64,000 nt of DNA from the IMG/VR virus record IMGVR_UViG_3300042261_000033, positions 351-64,350 of that record; one strand, 5' to 3'. Position numbers and translations under genes: made by a program. The notes below the pieces were generated by a model. The model did not search any database and was not told the DNA's origin. It was given only the letters and a program-made list of their open reading frames with translations. Each line of letters starts with the position of its first letter. Within the stretch, counting starts at the first letter, position 1. The DNA comes from a virus (Duplodnaviria; Caudoviricetes). Below, one piece after another: positions 46,388 through 55,856 of the stretch.

Positions 46388-47308
46388 TTACGACTCCAAT
46401 TTAAGAAATTCTTTAACGTATTGCTCGGGTGTAATGCCTAGCTTCTTAGCCAGCAGCACCTGCGATGTCTTCAGCGTGACCTTCTTCGAAGAAGTTGTTC
46501 GCTTGGCAGACGCAACTACATTCTGTGCTTTCTTTGGAGCTTCCTCCTGTTCGTCGTCAAAATAGTCAGAAAACGTCTTCCGAATTGTCTTGTCCAATTT
46601 GGAGTAATACATATCAGACCCAACTTCGACTCCAGAATCTCTTAAGTCCTCGTGGACGCCAAGAGCATATGCAGTCATTGCACGATTCTTTCCGAACCAG
46701 CTATTGCGCTTTTGCCACGCCATAACCTTTGGATCGGGCTGAACCTGTTGAACCTGATTCTGTTGTGATTGAACTTCAAAATTATCTTCCTGTAAAGGAG
46801 CTAATTTAAAGTTATTCACTCGGTCTAATTTAAGCTGTGTTTTGGTCAGCTGCTCCTGCGCATTAAGAATCTGATCTGGGTCTCCAGAATCATATGCTTC
46901 GCGGTAAGCTTTCTTGGCCATTTCCAGCTCAAGGTTGGCGGAGTTCTGCATTGCGCCAACATATTCTTTTTCGCCGTTTTGAATCATGGATTTGAACTTC
47001 TTGTTCTCTTCCAGAAGGCGACGCGTAGCCTCAATGGCTGCATCACGTTCGCGCTGCGCTTCATCTGCAGTGCGACGTTGGTCGTGATAAACCTTTTTCA
47101 GCTGTTTAAACTTGGTTTTAACATCGTCTGAATAAGATTCCAATTCATCTTTTTCAATTTCATCGACGATTTCTTTTGGCATTGGCTTACGGCCACGATC
47201 CTCTTCAGGGGTGTCGTCTTCAATTTCAATGTCAAAATCATTGCCAGAATCAATCTTTTCATCGACTTCATCTGGGAATTTAAATTCTTCCATTTCCATA
47301 GGTGGCAT
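46388..47308 (-). CDS. Scaffolding protein (putative)
   Basis: Acidic N-terminus, coiled coil, C-terminal AKKLGITPEQY. Confidence 0.7.
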   Translation of the reverse strand: MPPMEMEEFKFPDEVDEKIDSGNDFDIEIEDDTPEEDRGRKPMPKEIVDEIEKDELESYSDDVKTKFKQLKKVYHDQRRTADEAQRERDAAIEATRRLLEENKKFKSMIQNGEKEYVGAMQNSANLELEMAKKAYREAYDSGDPDQILNAQEQLTKTQLKLDRVNNFKLAPLQEDNFEVQSQQNQVQQVQPDPKVMAWQKRNSWFGKNRAMTAYALGVHEDLRDSGVEVGSDMYYSKLDKTIRKTFSDYFDDEQEEAPKKAQNVVASAKRTTSSKKVTLKTSQVLLAKKLGITPEQYVKEFLKLES

Positions 47309-47320
47309 TTTGTCTGCTCC

Positions 47321-47785
47321 TTATTTACGTTTAATACCGCGTGGGTCCAGAACGGTACCCTCTACGGTGTCATCATTGATCATGCGGAATTCCCGGCCAT
47401 GAATGACCAGACGCGAACCTGAATGCGGTCTTACAAGGATGAAATCACCCTTCTTGCACCAAGGGCCACTTGGGAACTTCACTGGATCTTTATATGCATC
47501 TGGACCTAGCTCTACCACGAACAGCACTGTGGTCAGCACTTCTTCGTGTTGAAGGGTCATGTCAGCCTTGATGATGCCGCTGTCATATTCCTTCTCAATC
47601 TCAGGAATTGCACAAAGGATGTGGTAACCAGACGGAGTCGGCAGTTGTGCGGCCTTCTCGTAATCGGTTGCATCCCCGACGATTTCTTTGATTTCTGCTT
47701 CTTCTCTTGCTTCCTGCTTCGCTTTTGCGACCATGTTTGATAGGTCAAGCGCGTCGGTGTTTGAGCCGACAAGGATTTCACTCAT
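47321..47785 (-). CDS. groES: GroES-like co-chaperonin
   Basis: PSGYHIL...SGII...VVELGPDAY...GDFILV...FRMINDDTV. Confidence 0.8.
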   Translation of the reverse strand: MSEILVGSNTDALDLSNMVAKAKQEAREEAEIKEIVGDATDYEKAAQLPTPSGYHILCAIPEIEKEYDSGIIKADMTLQHEEVLTTVLFVVELGPDAYKDPVKFPSGPWCKKGDFILVRPHSGSRLVIHGREFRMINDDTVEGTVLDPRGIKRK

Positions 47786-47966
47786 CAGAGATCTCCAGTT
47801 GATGTTGTAGGTCTTTTACGTATTGCTTCACGTAGAGGAGACCCTTAACCTCTCCGCAAAGTTGCTTGTATTCCTCATAGGTCGTGGCGCGACCAGAGGA
47901 CATATGGTCTTTAAGCTGGCTAACTTTGTCGTCCACCTCTTTGGCGATGGCTTCAAAAATGTCCAT
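47778..47966 (-). CDS. Small head-module protein
   Basis: YEEYKQLCGEVKGL motif; follows the portal gene. Confidence 0.7.
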   Translation of the reverse strand: MDIFEAIAKEVDDKVSQLKDHMSSGRATTYEEYKQLCGEVKGLLYVKQYVKDLQHQLEISDE

Positions 47967-50524
47967 TACTCATTTCCCTTTTGTTTACCGGATTTCATGA
48001 TGTCAGCCATGATCTTCTTATCGAGGAAGTCATGCTCGTTGATGTTATCCATGCGTTTACGAACCATTTCTCGCTTGAATTTGGTGGCTTCCATCTCTTT
48101 ATCAGCGTGGATATCGGCTGCGTTTTTGATGAAATCAAGCAGATTCGCGTTCTTTTCCTGCGCAAGCTTTGCTTCAGAAGCTTTGTTTGCTTGAGTTGCT
48201 TGGGCAGAAATACGCATGACTTCGATTTGTTGTTGCTTGGTCTTAGCCGCTGCGTCCATCATATCCTTCTGGACCTTACGCTGCAGGTCGCCCTGCTTGA
48301 TCTGAAGCTCTTGCTGTTGCATTTGAACCATTGGATCCTGAGCCTGCTGGGCAGCCTGTTGCTGTGCGGCTTGCTGTTGGTTCTGTTGTAGCAGCTGTTG
48401 AGAAGCCTGAGCCAACATCGGAGCAAGGATTGCTTCAACTTCTGGATCCATGTTTTTCTCTTCGCCGCTTGCGTCCGTCTGTGGAGGCAGGTTCATGCCA
48501 AGCTGTTTCTCAATCTCAACACGGTAAGCGAAGCCAACGTGTTCATTGATATGGGACTGCATAGCTGCCTGCAGCGTCTGAGCTTGTGGCGATTGGCCAA
48601 GCACCTTGAGGATCTTTGGATCCTGCATGGCGTTCATGTGAACCATGATATGAGCTTGGTGATCCTGATATGCGAACGCCTTAACAGGTTTGTTCATCAG
48701 GATGTTCTGGTTCTCAGTTACTGGATCCTGTGGCTTCTGATCTTCTGACATAGGGACCAGCTTCGCAGCATCTTTGATACCGAGTACGTCAAGCATCTGC
48801 CGGTGGAGCAATGGCATGTTGTACAGTTGTGGCGACTGTTGGGCAAGTTGAAGAACAGCCTGATATTGAACGATCTTCTGAGCCATCGTTGCGGCGTTCG
48901 GATCGGATACCGGAATAACATCAACGTTCTCATAGTCCGAGCGCTTCGCTTTGCGCGAACCAACTTCCGGCTCATAGTCATAATCCTCTGGCGCAGTAAA
49001 TGCAATCAGGTTCTTCAGGAGCTTCAGTTCCTGCTTGAACGAGTAGTGCATACGAGCTTGAACAGCAGACATCACCTTCAGGGTACGCTCTAAAAGGGCC
49101 AGCGTGGTGCCTACAGGCGCATTTGCCGACATGTCTGATACTTGGATGTCAGCAGTGTTTGCAAATCGACGTCCTTCGTCGATTATTTTGTCCATCAGTC
49201 CGGCAAGAACCTGACTTGGCTCCTTATATGGGAGTGGCATGATGTTATCACGCATGACTCCGGCGGGAACGTCCACATCCCGGAACTCTCCCGGAGCGAT
49301 AGGAGTATCATCCCCTTTAACGCGCAGCCCTCTTGTTTTGAAACCACCGGGTAGGTTAGAGAGTGTCCCTGCATCCACCAACTGGCGAATAATGCTTGTG
49401 CCAGACTTGGCGTAAGCGCCGATAAGGTGAATAAGGCCGAAGCAATAAAAGCCAAAGCCGGGTACATAACCATAGTGAACAAAGTGCTGACGCTTGAGTT
49501 TGTTTTTGTCATCCGGTTTCCAATTTCTGCGAATGGCAAGTACCTTACCCGTACCCTTTTCGATGGTGATGACATACGGCAGGGCAATCCCTGTTTCTTC
49601 TCCGTCTTCATCAGTGTCTTCATCGCCCGGCAGCACATAGTCTACGTGCATTTCCAGAAGCTTGAAGCGGTCATCGGTGCTTGCCCGGAACCCTAGCTTT
49701 TCTGCAATTCGCTTTTCAATCTCGTCCAGAACCATAACTGGCTCACCAAGATTGACATCACGATAAAAGCCAGATGCCTGTAACTTCTTAATGTCATTGC
49801 CGCTCTTGCGCATGACATGTGTTACGCGTTCTGCCGTTTCAATGTTGGCAGCACCATATGGTACCACAAGGTCTTCAGCGGGGATGTAGATCGACACCTG
49901 ACGGCCAAGCGCAGGGTCTTCATACACCTTCTTAAAGCCGTTACCAGACAGGCCGACGCCCCAGTAGTTGCGCTCTTGCTCAGGGCGGAACTCGGTCATG
50001 ACCTCGGTCAGCTCGAAGTTCATGTCTTCCTGAACGCGATTAGCGGCTTCCTTCTTCTCTTGGGTCTCTTTGCCAATGATCTTGGACTTCACTGGACCCT
50101 GAGCTGGGAAGGTGGACATGATGGCTTCAGACTGGAACTTAACCAGAGCTTCTGCCAGCAATGGATGGTAGATGCCACAGGCGCCTTCCCAAGGCTCTGC
50201 ACGTTCTTCGATCTTCAGGCCGAGCAGTTCGATACCGTCGACGTATGTCTGAACCCAGTCGCGACGCGAGTTAACGTCATCATCGAAGTTGCCAATCAGG
50301 TCAGAGGCGATCATTTCCAGAGCGCCTTCGTCCATTTCTTCGGCTAAGTTGTCATAAAAGCCTTCATACTCATCGGTTGGTTCGATTTCAATTTCGATAT
50401 CACCGATGCCGATACTTACCGACTCTGGATCTTCAATTTCAATTTCAATCGGTTCAATACCCTGTTGGAGAGCTTCTTCTTCAAGACCCAATGGGGCAGC
50501 ATAAAGACCTTTATCAATAGCCAT
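47966..50524 (-). CDS. Portal protein (P22-like, long C-terminal coiled coil)
   Basis: 852 aa directly after terL; HPLLAEA, GFYCFGLIH and AGTLSNLP motifs, Gln-rich barrel. Confidence 0.88.
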   Translation of the reverse strand: MAIDKGLYAAPLGLEEEALQQGIEPIEIEIEDPESVSIGIGDIEIEIEPTDEYEGFYDNLAEEMDEGALEMIASDLIGNFDDDVNSRRDWVQTYVDGIELLGLKIEERAEPWEGACGIYHPLLAEALVKFQSEAIMSTFPAQGPVKSKIIGKETQEKKEAANRVQEDMNFELTEVMTEFRPEQERNYWGVGLSGNGFKKVYEDPALGRQVSIYIPAEDLVVPYGAANIETAERVTHVMRKSGNDIKKLQASGFYRDVNLGEPVMVLDEIEKRIAEKLGFRASTDDRFKLLEMHVDYVLPGDEDTDEDGEETGIALPYVITIEKGTGKVLAIRRNWKPDDKNKLKRQHFVHYGYVPGFGFYCFGLIHLIGAYAKSGTSIIRQLVDAGTLSNLPGGFKTRGLRVKGDDTPIAPGEFRDVDVPAGVMRDNIMPLPYKEPSQVLAGLMDKIIDEGRRFANTADIQVSDMSANAPVGTTLALLERTLKVMSAVQARMHYSFKQELKLLKNLIAFTAPEDYDYEPEVGSRKAKRSDYENVDVIPVSDPNAATMAQKIVQYQAVLQLAQQSPQLYNMPLLHRQMLDVLGIKDAAKLVPMSEDQKPQDPVTENQNILMNKPVKAFAYQDHQAHIMVHMNAMQDPKILKVLGQSPQAQTLQAAMQSHINEHVGFAYRVEIEKQLGMNLPPQTDASGEEKNMDPEVEAILAPMLAQASQQLLQQNQQQAAQQQAAQQAQDPMVQMQQQELQIKQGDLQRKVQKDMMDAAAKTKQQQIEVMRISAQATQANKASEAKLAQEKNANLLDFIKNAADIHADKEMEATKFKREMVRKRMDNINEHDFLDKKIMADIMKSGKQKGNE

Positions 50525-50532
50525 AATTTATC

Positions 50533-52038
50533 TCAATAATAAGAAACCCGGCGTCTAATCACCGGTTCATCGGGTTCATCGGTTTCCATCCGAATAAACC
50601 CGCCTTGTCTAAAGCGCAAAAGGGCTTGGCTCGTGCTATCCACGATATCGTCATGCTCGCCGTTAGGAAATGAAGCGCATTCTTCCATGACTTCCTCAGC
50701 CCATCTTGTGTCAGGACACCATACATAACCTGATGCAAACAGGTCTGATATGGCGTTTACCCGGGCTATCTTATCAGAACCCTTATTCGGGGTATATTCA
50801 GATAAAGGTACGCCAATTGCACGCAATTCATAGATTAACGGGGCGCCTGCAGCTTTCTTTTCAATAATGAGCGTGTCTGGCTGAAACTCCTGATACAGCT
50901 CATATGCCTTGCGTTTTAGCTCAGGGAACTCCATCCGCGCCTTAAAACAGTCCAGCAGAATGACATTGGCTACAGGTTCGCCGTTCTCATTGTCCCGATA
51001 AAAGACGCCCCAAGTCGTACAAACTGAGAAGTCGGCACGGTTATTCTTTTCGAAAGCGGTATCCCAAGACTGGATGATGAACTCACAGGGAGGCGGTCTT
51101 TCGCCTTCCCATATCTTCCAGTACTCCCGCTTGATCATCGCCCCTTCTTCCGAAGTCGGGTTCTGTTGGTACTGGGCTTCCCACTTGCTGACCGGGATTT
51201 CTGCCTTGATTGCCTCTAGTTCCTTCTGGCTCCAGAATTCTGGCCACAGCGGCGCTCCAGATGGCATGAGGGCAGGGAACTCGATTACTTCCCATTCGTC
51301 GTCACTTCTCTTTGCTGCGTTATTTAAAATTTGTCCGGTCAGGTCTCGCTTAGACCACCGGGTCATAACCACCACAATGGCGCCACCCGGCTGCAGACGC
51401 TGACGAGGACCGGAGCTGTACCACTCATACACCCGGTCATAGACCTCTGGGTTTCCCAGCATGGCCTCTTGTTCTGAGTGCGGGTCATCGATGATCAGAA
51501 CGTCTGCGCCTTTACCGGTAACCGCGCCGCCGACACCGATAGCGAAGTAATCACCGCCCTTATCTGTGTTCCAGCGGCCTGCCGCCTTACTGTCAGACGA
51601 CAGCTTTGTTGGGAAAACCGCTTGAAAATCTGCAGAATTGACGAGGTTACGCACCTTACGACCAAAGCCAACGGCTAGTTCTGCGGTGTGGGCTGTCTGG
51701 ATGATCTTCTTTTGCGGATATTTGCCTAAAAACCATGCAGGAAACAGGTAAGAAGCAAACTCAGACTTGGTGTGACGCGGTGGCATATTGATAATCAGGC
51801 GCTTTAAGCTGCCATTTGCCACCCGTTCGAAGGCATCTGCCATGATTTTGTGGTGCCGACCCCCAATAAATGATGGCCACATATCCCCAACAAAGGACAT
51901 AAAGCTGTCTTTGCTGCGTTCGATCTTATCCAGCTTCAAAAGCTGATGGATCTTAGGGATTTTAGGGTCGTCAGGCGGCAAAAGCTCAAGAAGTTTTAGG
52001 TACTTCTGGGCTTCTTCCCGGGTCAGCAAGTTGCTCAC
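50533..52038 (-). CDS. terL: Terminase large subunit
   Basis: INMPPRHTKS Walker A, LIIDDP Walker B, QSWDTA, IEKKAAG and HDDIVD nuclease motifs. Confidence 0.97.
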   Translation of the reverse strand: MSNLLTREEAQKYLKLLELLPPDDPKIPKIHQLLKLDKIERSKDSFMSFVGDMWPSFIGGRHHKIMADAFERVANGSLKRLIINMPPRHTKSEFASYLFPAWFLGKYPQKKIIQTAHTAELAVGFGRKVRNLVNSADFQAVFPTKLSSDSKAAGRWNTDKGGDYFAIGVGGAVTGKGADVLIIDDPHSEQEAMLGNPEVYDRVYEWYSSGPRQRLQPGGAIVVVMTRWSKRDLTGQILNNAAKRSDDEWEVIEFPALMPSGAPLWPEFWSQKELEAIKAEIPVSKWEAQYQQNPTSEEGAMIKREYWKIWEGERPPPCEFIIQSWDTAFEKNNRADFSVCTTWGVFYRDNENGEPVANVILLDCFKARMEFPELKRKAYELYQEFQPDTLIIEKKAAGAPLIYELRAIGVPLSEYTPNKGSDKIARVNAISDLFASGYVWCPDTRWAEEVMEECASFPNGEHDDIVDSTSQALLRFRQGGFIRMETDEPDEPVIRRRVSYY

Positions 52039-52265
52039 AGGCTGGCAACCTCATCTAAAGTGCGTTCTTTTACAGTGATGCTGCGAAATAGATGGGGTTT
52101 TACATCTAAAAGACCCTGTTTACGCAGCTCATGCACGATTCTGTGGATGTTTGACTTACTTTTCAGGCTCAAACCGGTGGCAATGTTGGCATAAGAAGGG
52201 GCAAAACCCTTGATTTCCACATATGTCTTGATGAAATCAAGCACTAACTTCTGCTTTGGCGTCAT
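52035..52265 (-). CDS. Stand-alone LexA-type DNA-binding domain protein
   Basis: TPKQKLVLDFI.......GFAPSYANIA..L.LKSKSNIHRIVHEL...G; no peptidase domain. Confidence 0.85.
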   Translation of the reverse strand: MTPKQKLVLDFIKTYVEIKGFAPSYANIATGLSLKSKSNIHRIVHELRKQGLLDVKPHLFRSITVKERTLDEVASL

Positions 52266-52831
52266 TTTTTCTTTCCAAGTTGAAGGTTTAAGTCATCCAA
52301 ATTGAACAGGCTTAACACCGTGATTCCTTTTGGAAGGTAAATGTCCTGCTGATTCTTGCCGTTTCTCTTGCTTATAACGCTCATTGCCACAGAGGCAACT
52401 GGAATTCCTGCATTATTTAGGGAGTCAAAGCAATGTTTCATGCTTTTCCCGTGATTGCTCATCTCATCAACAATGACGGTCAGCTTATTGTCGACGCTGC
52501 CCTCAAATTGATTTAAGAGCGTGTAAGGCTCTATCTGGTCTTTACACAGGAATACGTTCACCCCTAGGTCTAAATAACGCGCTGTGAGCGATAGCGCAGG
52601 TCCTAGGGGGCTTCTCTCTGGTGAACATATCTGGAAATTCAGGTCTGGATCAAATCCTGCGAGTGTCTGAAGAATTGTCTTGGAGATCACAAAGCAGACA
52701 TCAGGATTCATCAAAGCCTTTCGCGGCTGGATGATCCAGTCATAAAAGACTTCAGGGTTTGGGCTTTCAAACTGCCCATGTTCCACGCAGTAATCCCGAA
52801 GGTACGAACGAACCATATCAAACTCGCTCAA
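52262..52831 (-). CDS. Phosphoribosyltransferase-fold protein
   Basis: TVIVDEMSNHGKSM resembles a PRPP-binding loop; VLSLFNLDDL resembles the PyrE C-terminus. Confidence 0.55.
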   Translation of the reverse strand: MSEFDMVRSYLRDYCVEHGQFESPNPEVFYDWIIQPRKALMNPDVCFVISKTILQTLAGFDPDLNFQICSPERSPLGPALSLTARYLDLGVNVFLCKDQIEPYTLLNQFEGSVDNKLTVIVDEMSNHGKSMKHCFDSLNNAGIPVASVAMSVISKRNGKNQQDIYLPKGITVLSLFNLDDLNLQLGKKK

Positions 52832-53064
52832 TCAATCTCTCCCTCAGTGGGCCAAACAATCACAGGGGTTGATGGCCCTGCGTATAAACCCTCAATGTTG
52901 TAGTCGATGAATTCCTGCGCTTCTTCATAGCTCATGTCATCTCGTTTCATCAGGACGTCGATGATCTTCTCGCCGGAGTAGATCAAACGTTCAACGCGCT
53001 CTCCATCGCCCCAGACAGATGCCTGCCCAATTAAAGCCTTTTCTAAGCCATCGAATTTAATCAC
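52828..53064 (-). CDS. Conserved small phage protein
   Basis: DGLEKALIG...EEAQEFIDYNIEGLYAGPSTP. Confidence 0.7.
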   Translation of the reverse strand: MIKFDGLEKALIGQASVWGDGERVERLIYSGEKIIDVLMKRDDMSYEEAQEFIDYNIEGLYAGPSTPVIVWPTEGEID

Positions 53065-53327
53065 CGTGATACCCCGTTAAGACGATCTGCGATTAATGAA
53101 GCATAGCCAGCAATGTCATGCCAGCTATCTGCGTAGTTTGGATCGCCATTCAAGATACGGGCAATCTTGTGAGCAATCATCTCCAGCGACTCACGCTGGT
53201 CTGGCGCAAGAAAGCACCAGTTGTAGTTGGCTTCCATTTCGCTTTTAAGCGCCTGCGACAGCTTGGCATGTGATTCAAACTTGCCATAGCGCTTGCCGCG
53301 CTCAGTCAGGGTGTCAGTGATGTTCAT
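53061..53327 (-). CDS. DUF6378-like protein
   Basis: ERGKRYG...MIAHKIARILNGDPNYADSWHDIAGYA. Confidence 0.75.
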   Translation of the reverse strand: MNITDTLTERGKRYGKFESHAKLSQALKSEMEANYNWCFLAPDQRESLEMIAHKIARILNGDPNYADSWHDIAGYASLIADRLNGVSR

Positions 53328-53509
53328 TGCTGCGCAATTTCCAAAGATTTTCCACAACATGGACACAGACCATTACAGGTGCTGACCTTGATATGGCAAT
53401 GATCACAATGGTAGACATGGAATACAGGATCAGGACTGTCATCCTTAATCAGGTCTGCGCCACCCATCGATTGGATGAGGTCACCAGTGATGTCGTTACG
53501 AGCGGTCAT
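53324..53509 (-). CDS. Small Zn-ribbon protein
   Basis: CDHC...CPCC. Confidence 0.55.
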   Translation of the reverse strand: MTARNDITGDLIQSMGGADLIKDDSPDPVFHVYHCDHCHIKVSTCNGLCPCCGKSLEIAQQ

Positions 53510-53836
53510 ATTTAAAAAATATATTGGGGGTGGGGTGTTCGTAGAAACGTTCCTATAGGGGGTCATTCTGCAGGAGAACGTTCTTATAAGCAACAGACAA
53601 TTTAAAGGGGGGTACCCCTATGGGCGACAGGCAGAACGTTCGTATGTAACAGGGGAATGGAAATGGGATGTGTGGATCATACTGTATAGCCCAGCCTGAC
53701 ATGACCGCCTAAAAAGCGGGGGTGGCGGTACCGTGGGTTGCATATATCCAAATCGGTTGACGGGATGGGGTCGAGATAATGCGTTGCCATTTAAATTTCA
53801 AATAGCTGATTGATTATCCCGAATCACATGGTGCAG

Positions 53837-54463
53837 TTAATGCTTAGTTACTGCTGAGTCTAATAGGCTGAGATGCTGTGACAGTTCATCCTTTAATTGC
53901 TCTGCGCTAATCTGTTCAACCTTGGTCTCAACCTTATCAGTAAACATCCCAACAGCCTTACCCATTAACTCCAGTGCTTTGAGTCTGGCTGATATCTGCA
54001 CCTCTTCATTACCAGAGTGCTTTAGTAATTCCTCCATGATGTGCAATCTGGTTCTCTGAGCGTCCATGATTATGTTTTTTTCCTGCTTATCCCAAAGGTG
54101 AGATAGCAGACGCTTCACCTTCGGACTATTCATCAATCGATTCGCAGACGCTCCGATAATCGCTTCGTTATCTGTGGTGTTTGAATAAGCTTTTCGATAT
54201 GCATCTCTTGGAGAGTTACCTTGTGTTACCAGAGAAACAAACATTCTTTGCTTTGGTGTTAACACTCCATCATTGTCTTGTTTTACTCCTGCTATCTTTC
54301 CTGTCTTGGTCTTATTCTCATGCATGGCTTGGACTGTTGCTCGCATTTGCTCGCTATTCATTGCGGGCGGTTCAATAATGAAAGCATGAGTATCAGGAAC
54401 GACACTATCGTTATTAAACGGCTTATTAACGTCAATATCTTTGAGCATTTGCTTATTTGTCAT
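53837..54463 (-). CDS. terS: Terminase small subunit
   Basis: LTPKQRMFV...AYRKAY...ANRLM..PKV HTH and LKALELMGKAVGMFTDKVE. Confidence 0.85.
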   Translation of the reverse strand: MTNKQMLKDIDVNKPFNNDSVVPDTHAFIIEPPAMNSEQMRATVQAMHENKTKTGKIAGVKQDNDGVLTPKQRMFVSLVTQGNSPRDAYRKAYSNTTDNEAIIGASANRLMNSPKVKRLLSHLWDKQEKNIIMDAQRTRLHIMEELLKHSGNEEVQISARLKALELMGKAVGMFTDKVETKVEQISAEQLKDELSQHLSLLDSAVTKH

Positions 54464-54497
54464 GGTTGCACCAGTTGCAGATGATTAAACTGCTGTC

Positions 54498-54526
54498 GTT
54501 ATATCTGTTGACCCATATTCAGTCAA
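54498..54526 (-). promoter_or_regulatory. Sigma70-type promoter upstream of terS
   Basis: TTGACT-17 bp-TATAAC, overlapping the inverted repeat TTGAC-N9-GTCAA. Confidence 0.55.
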
Positions 54527-54787
54527 ATATCGTTCTGATTAAGTTCGTTATTAAAACCATCCTGTGACCATCCTGTTGTCTGTTGTCTCTCTTACTGCGG
54601 GATCATCACTATTCGGCTTCGCCTGATTCATTCCGGCGCATCACCTTGGTTAACAGACCATCACCAGACCCTCTGAGACCATCACAATCAACGCAGGACG
54701 CATCAGAAAAAATTCTTTGGACTCTGGCCTCACCTTTCCGAAGTTCGTTCGTCTATAGCTGTGAACACCAACAACACTGAGGGTCTT

Positions 54788-54997
54788 ATGATCAAACAGA
54801 TCGCCAACACAGCAGTACAGAATCATCAGTACATCGATACCAAAAAAACCATCGAACAACACCACGCAGAAACCAAGGCATTGTTCGCATCATGGGAACG
54901 TGAAGAGCGGATCAACAACCGAATCATTGGCGCAATGATCGTCATCTCTCCGTTTGCAATAGTGGCTCTGCGCTACCTTATCGGGGCTACAGCATGA
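54788..54997 (+). CDS. Small protein with C-terminal TM helix
   Basis: GAGGG RBS before ATG 54788. Confidence 0.6.
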   Translation: MIKQIANTAVQNHQYIDTKKTIEQHHAETKALFASWEREERINNRIIGAMIVISPFAIVALRYLIGATA

Positions 54998-55209
54998 ATC
55001 AATACGCAGAACTAGCACAGGACATCTGGCCTCATGCAACACCTGAACAGATCGCAGTACTGTCTAATGCCTTACGGAAAGGATTTGCCCGTTCGGCTTC
55101 GCCTAGCACAACATCTCCGGCGCAGTCAAGCACGAACGTTCACCCCAGTAAACAAGCGGCTTCCAGCCATAGTGTTGCGTTTAAACAACAGAGTGATAGC
55201 ACAAAGTGA
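54994..55209 (+). CDS. Hypothetical protein
   Basis: ATGA overlap; the 3' half is low complexity and overlaps a repeat. Confidence 0.4.
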   Translation: MNQYAELAQDIWPHATPEQIAVLSNALRKGFARSASPSTTSPAQSSTNVHPSKQAASSHSVAFKQQSDSTK

Positions 55210-55260
55210 ATCAAGGGTATTGTGTTCCGTTTAAACGTCAGGCAGAGTAGAGCCTGTAGT

Positions 55261-55483
55261 GATTGATCTTTAGTAGTACGCAGTATGGGGCGGCGAACCC
55301 ATAACGGACTTGGGCAAGGATGAAAGAAACCCAGACCTCCGCAGATTCCTCAACCGATGCCGAGAAGCAGTCGCATGATCTAGGCCACCCGTGAGTGGCG
55401 AGTGCGGCAAGTCAAGAACGGCATCTGATCTTGGATCAATCTACATCACAGGACATCTTCGTTTGAGGGTGTCCGATGATGTA
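55261..55483 (+). ncRNA. Candidate pseudoknotted RNA plus long hairpin ahead of the early genes
   Basis: Closing stem 55261-55268/55434-55441, inner stems, crossing pair 55356-55362/55419-55425, hairpin 55442-55483. Confidence 0.55.
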
Positions 55484-55506
55484 CTCACAAACAAACGGAG
55501 GCTGTC

Positions 55507-55686
55507 ATGACCCACTACACAACCTACTATCGCAGCGCAAAGAAAATGCAACAAGAGCAGGACATGCGTGACCGGCTGAATCAATACTCAAATCACAACG
55601 GCTGTTTTACCGAGCAGGATCGCAAGGTTGCTGATGAATATCTGGCAAAAGAATTGCTCGCCAACTTCATTGCAACAGAACTTTAA
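55507..55686 (+). CDS. Early hypothetical protein (59 aa)
   Basis: Translated by hand; CGGAGGCT RBS. Confidence 0.7.
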   Translation: MTHYTTYYRSAKKMQQEQDMRDRLNQYSNHNGCFTEQDRKVADEYLAKELLANFIATEL

Positions 55687-55698
55687 TTTGGAGGCTAT

Positions 55699-55854
55699 AT
55701 GCGAGACCAATTAATTAAAACCTATCTTGATTGGGTAAATAATTACCTGACAGTTGAGACGTTCGCAGATCACTATGGTCTGCAATTGGCAGATGCAGAG
55801 GCTTTAATCAAGGTATGCCGTAACGTGTATTACAACCCACACCCAGAGGCTTAA
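55699..55854 (+). CDS. Early hypothetical protein (51 aa)
   Basis: YLDWVNNYLTVETFADHYG; GGAGGCT RBS. Confidence 0.75.
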   Translation: MRDQLIKTYLDWVNNYLTVETFADHYGLQLADAEALIKVCRNVYYNPHPEA

Positions 55855-55856
55855 TC

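Noticed and set aside
52035-52265. Full LexA/CI repressor implying an inducible prophage
   Set aside because: Only the DNA-binding domain is present; no S24 peptidase, integrase or att site seen
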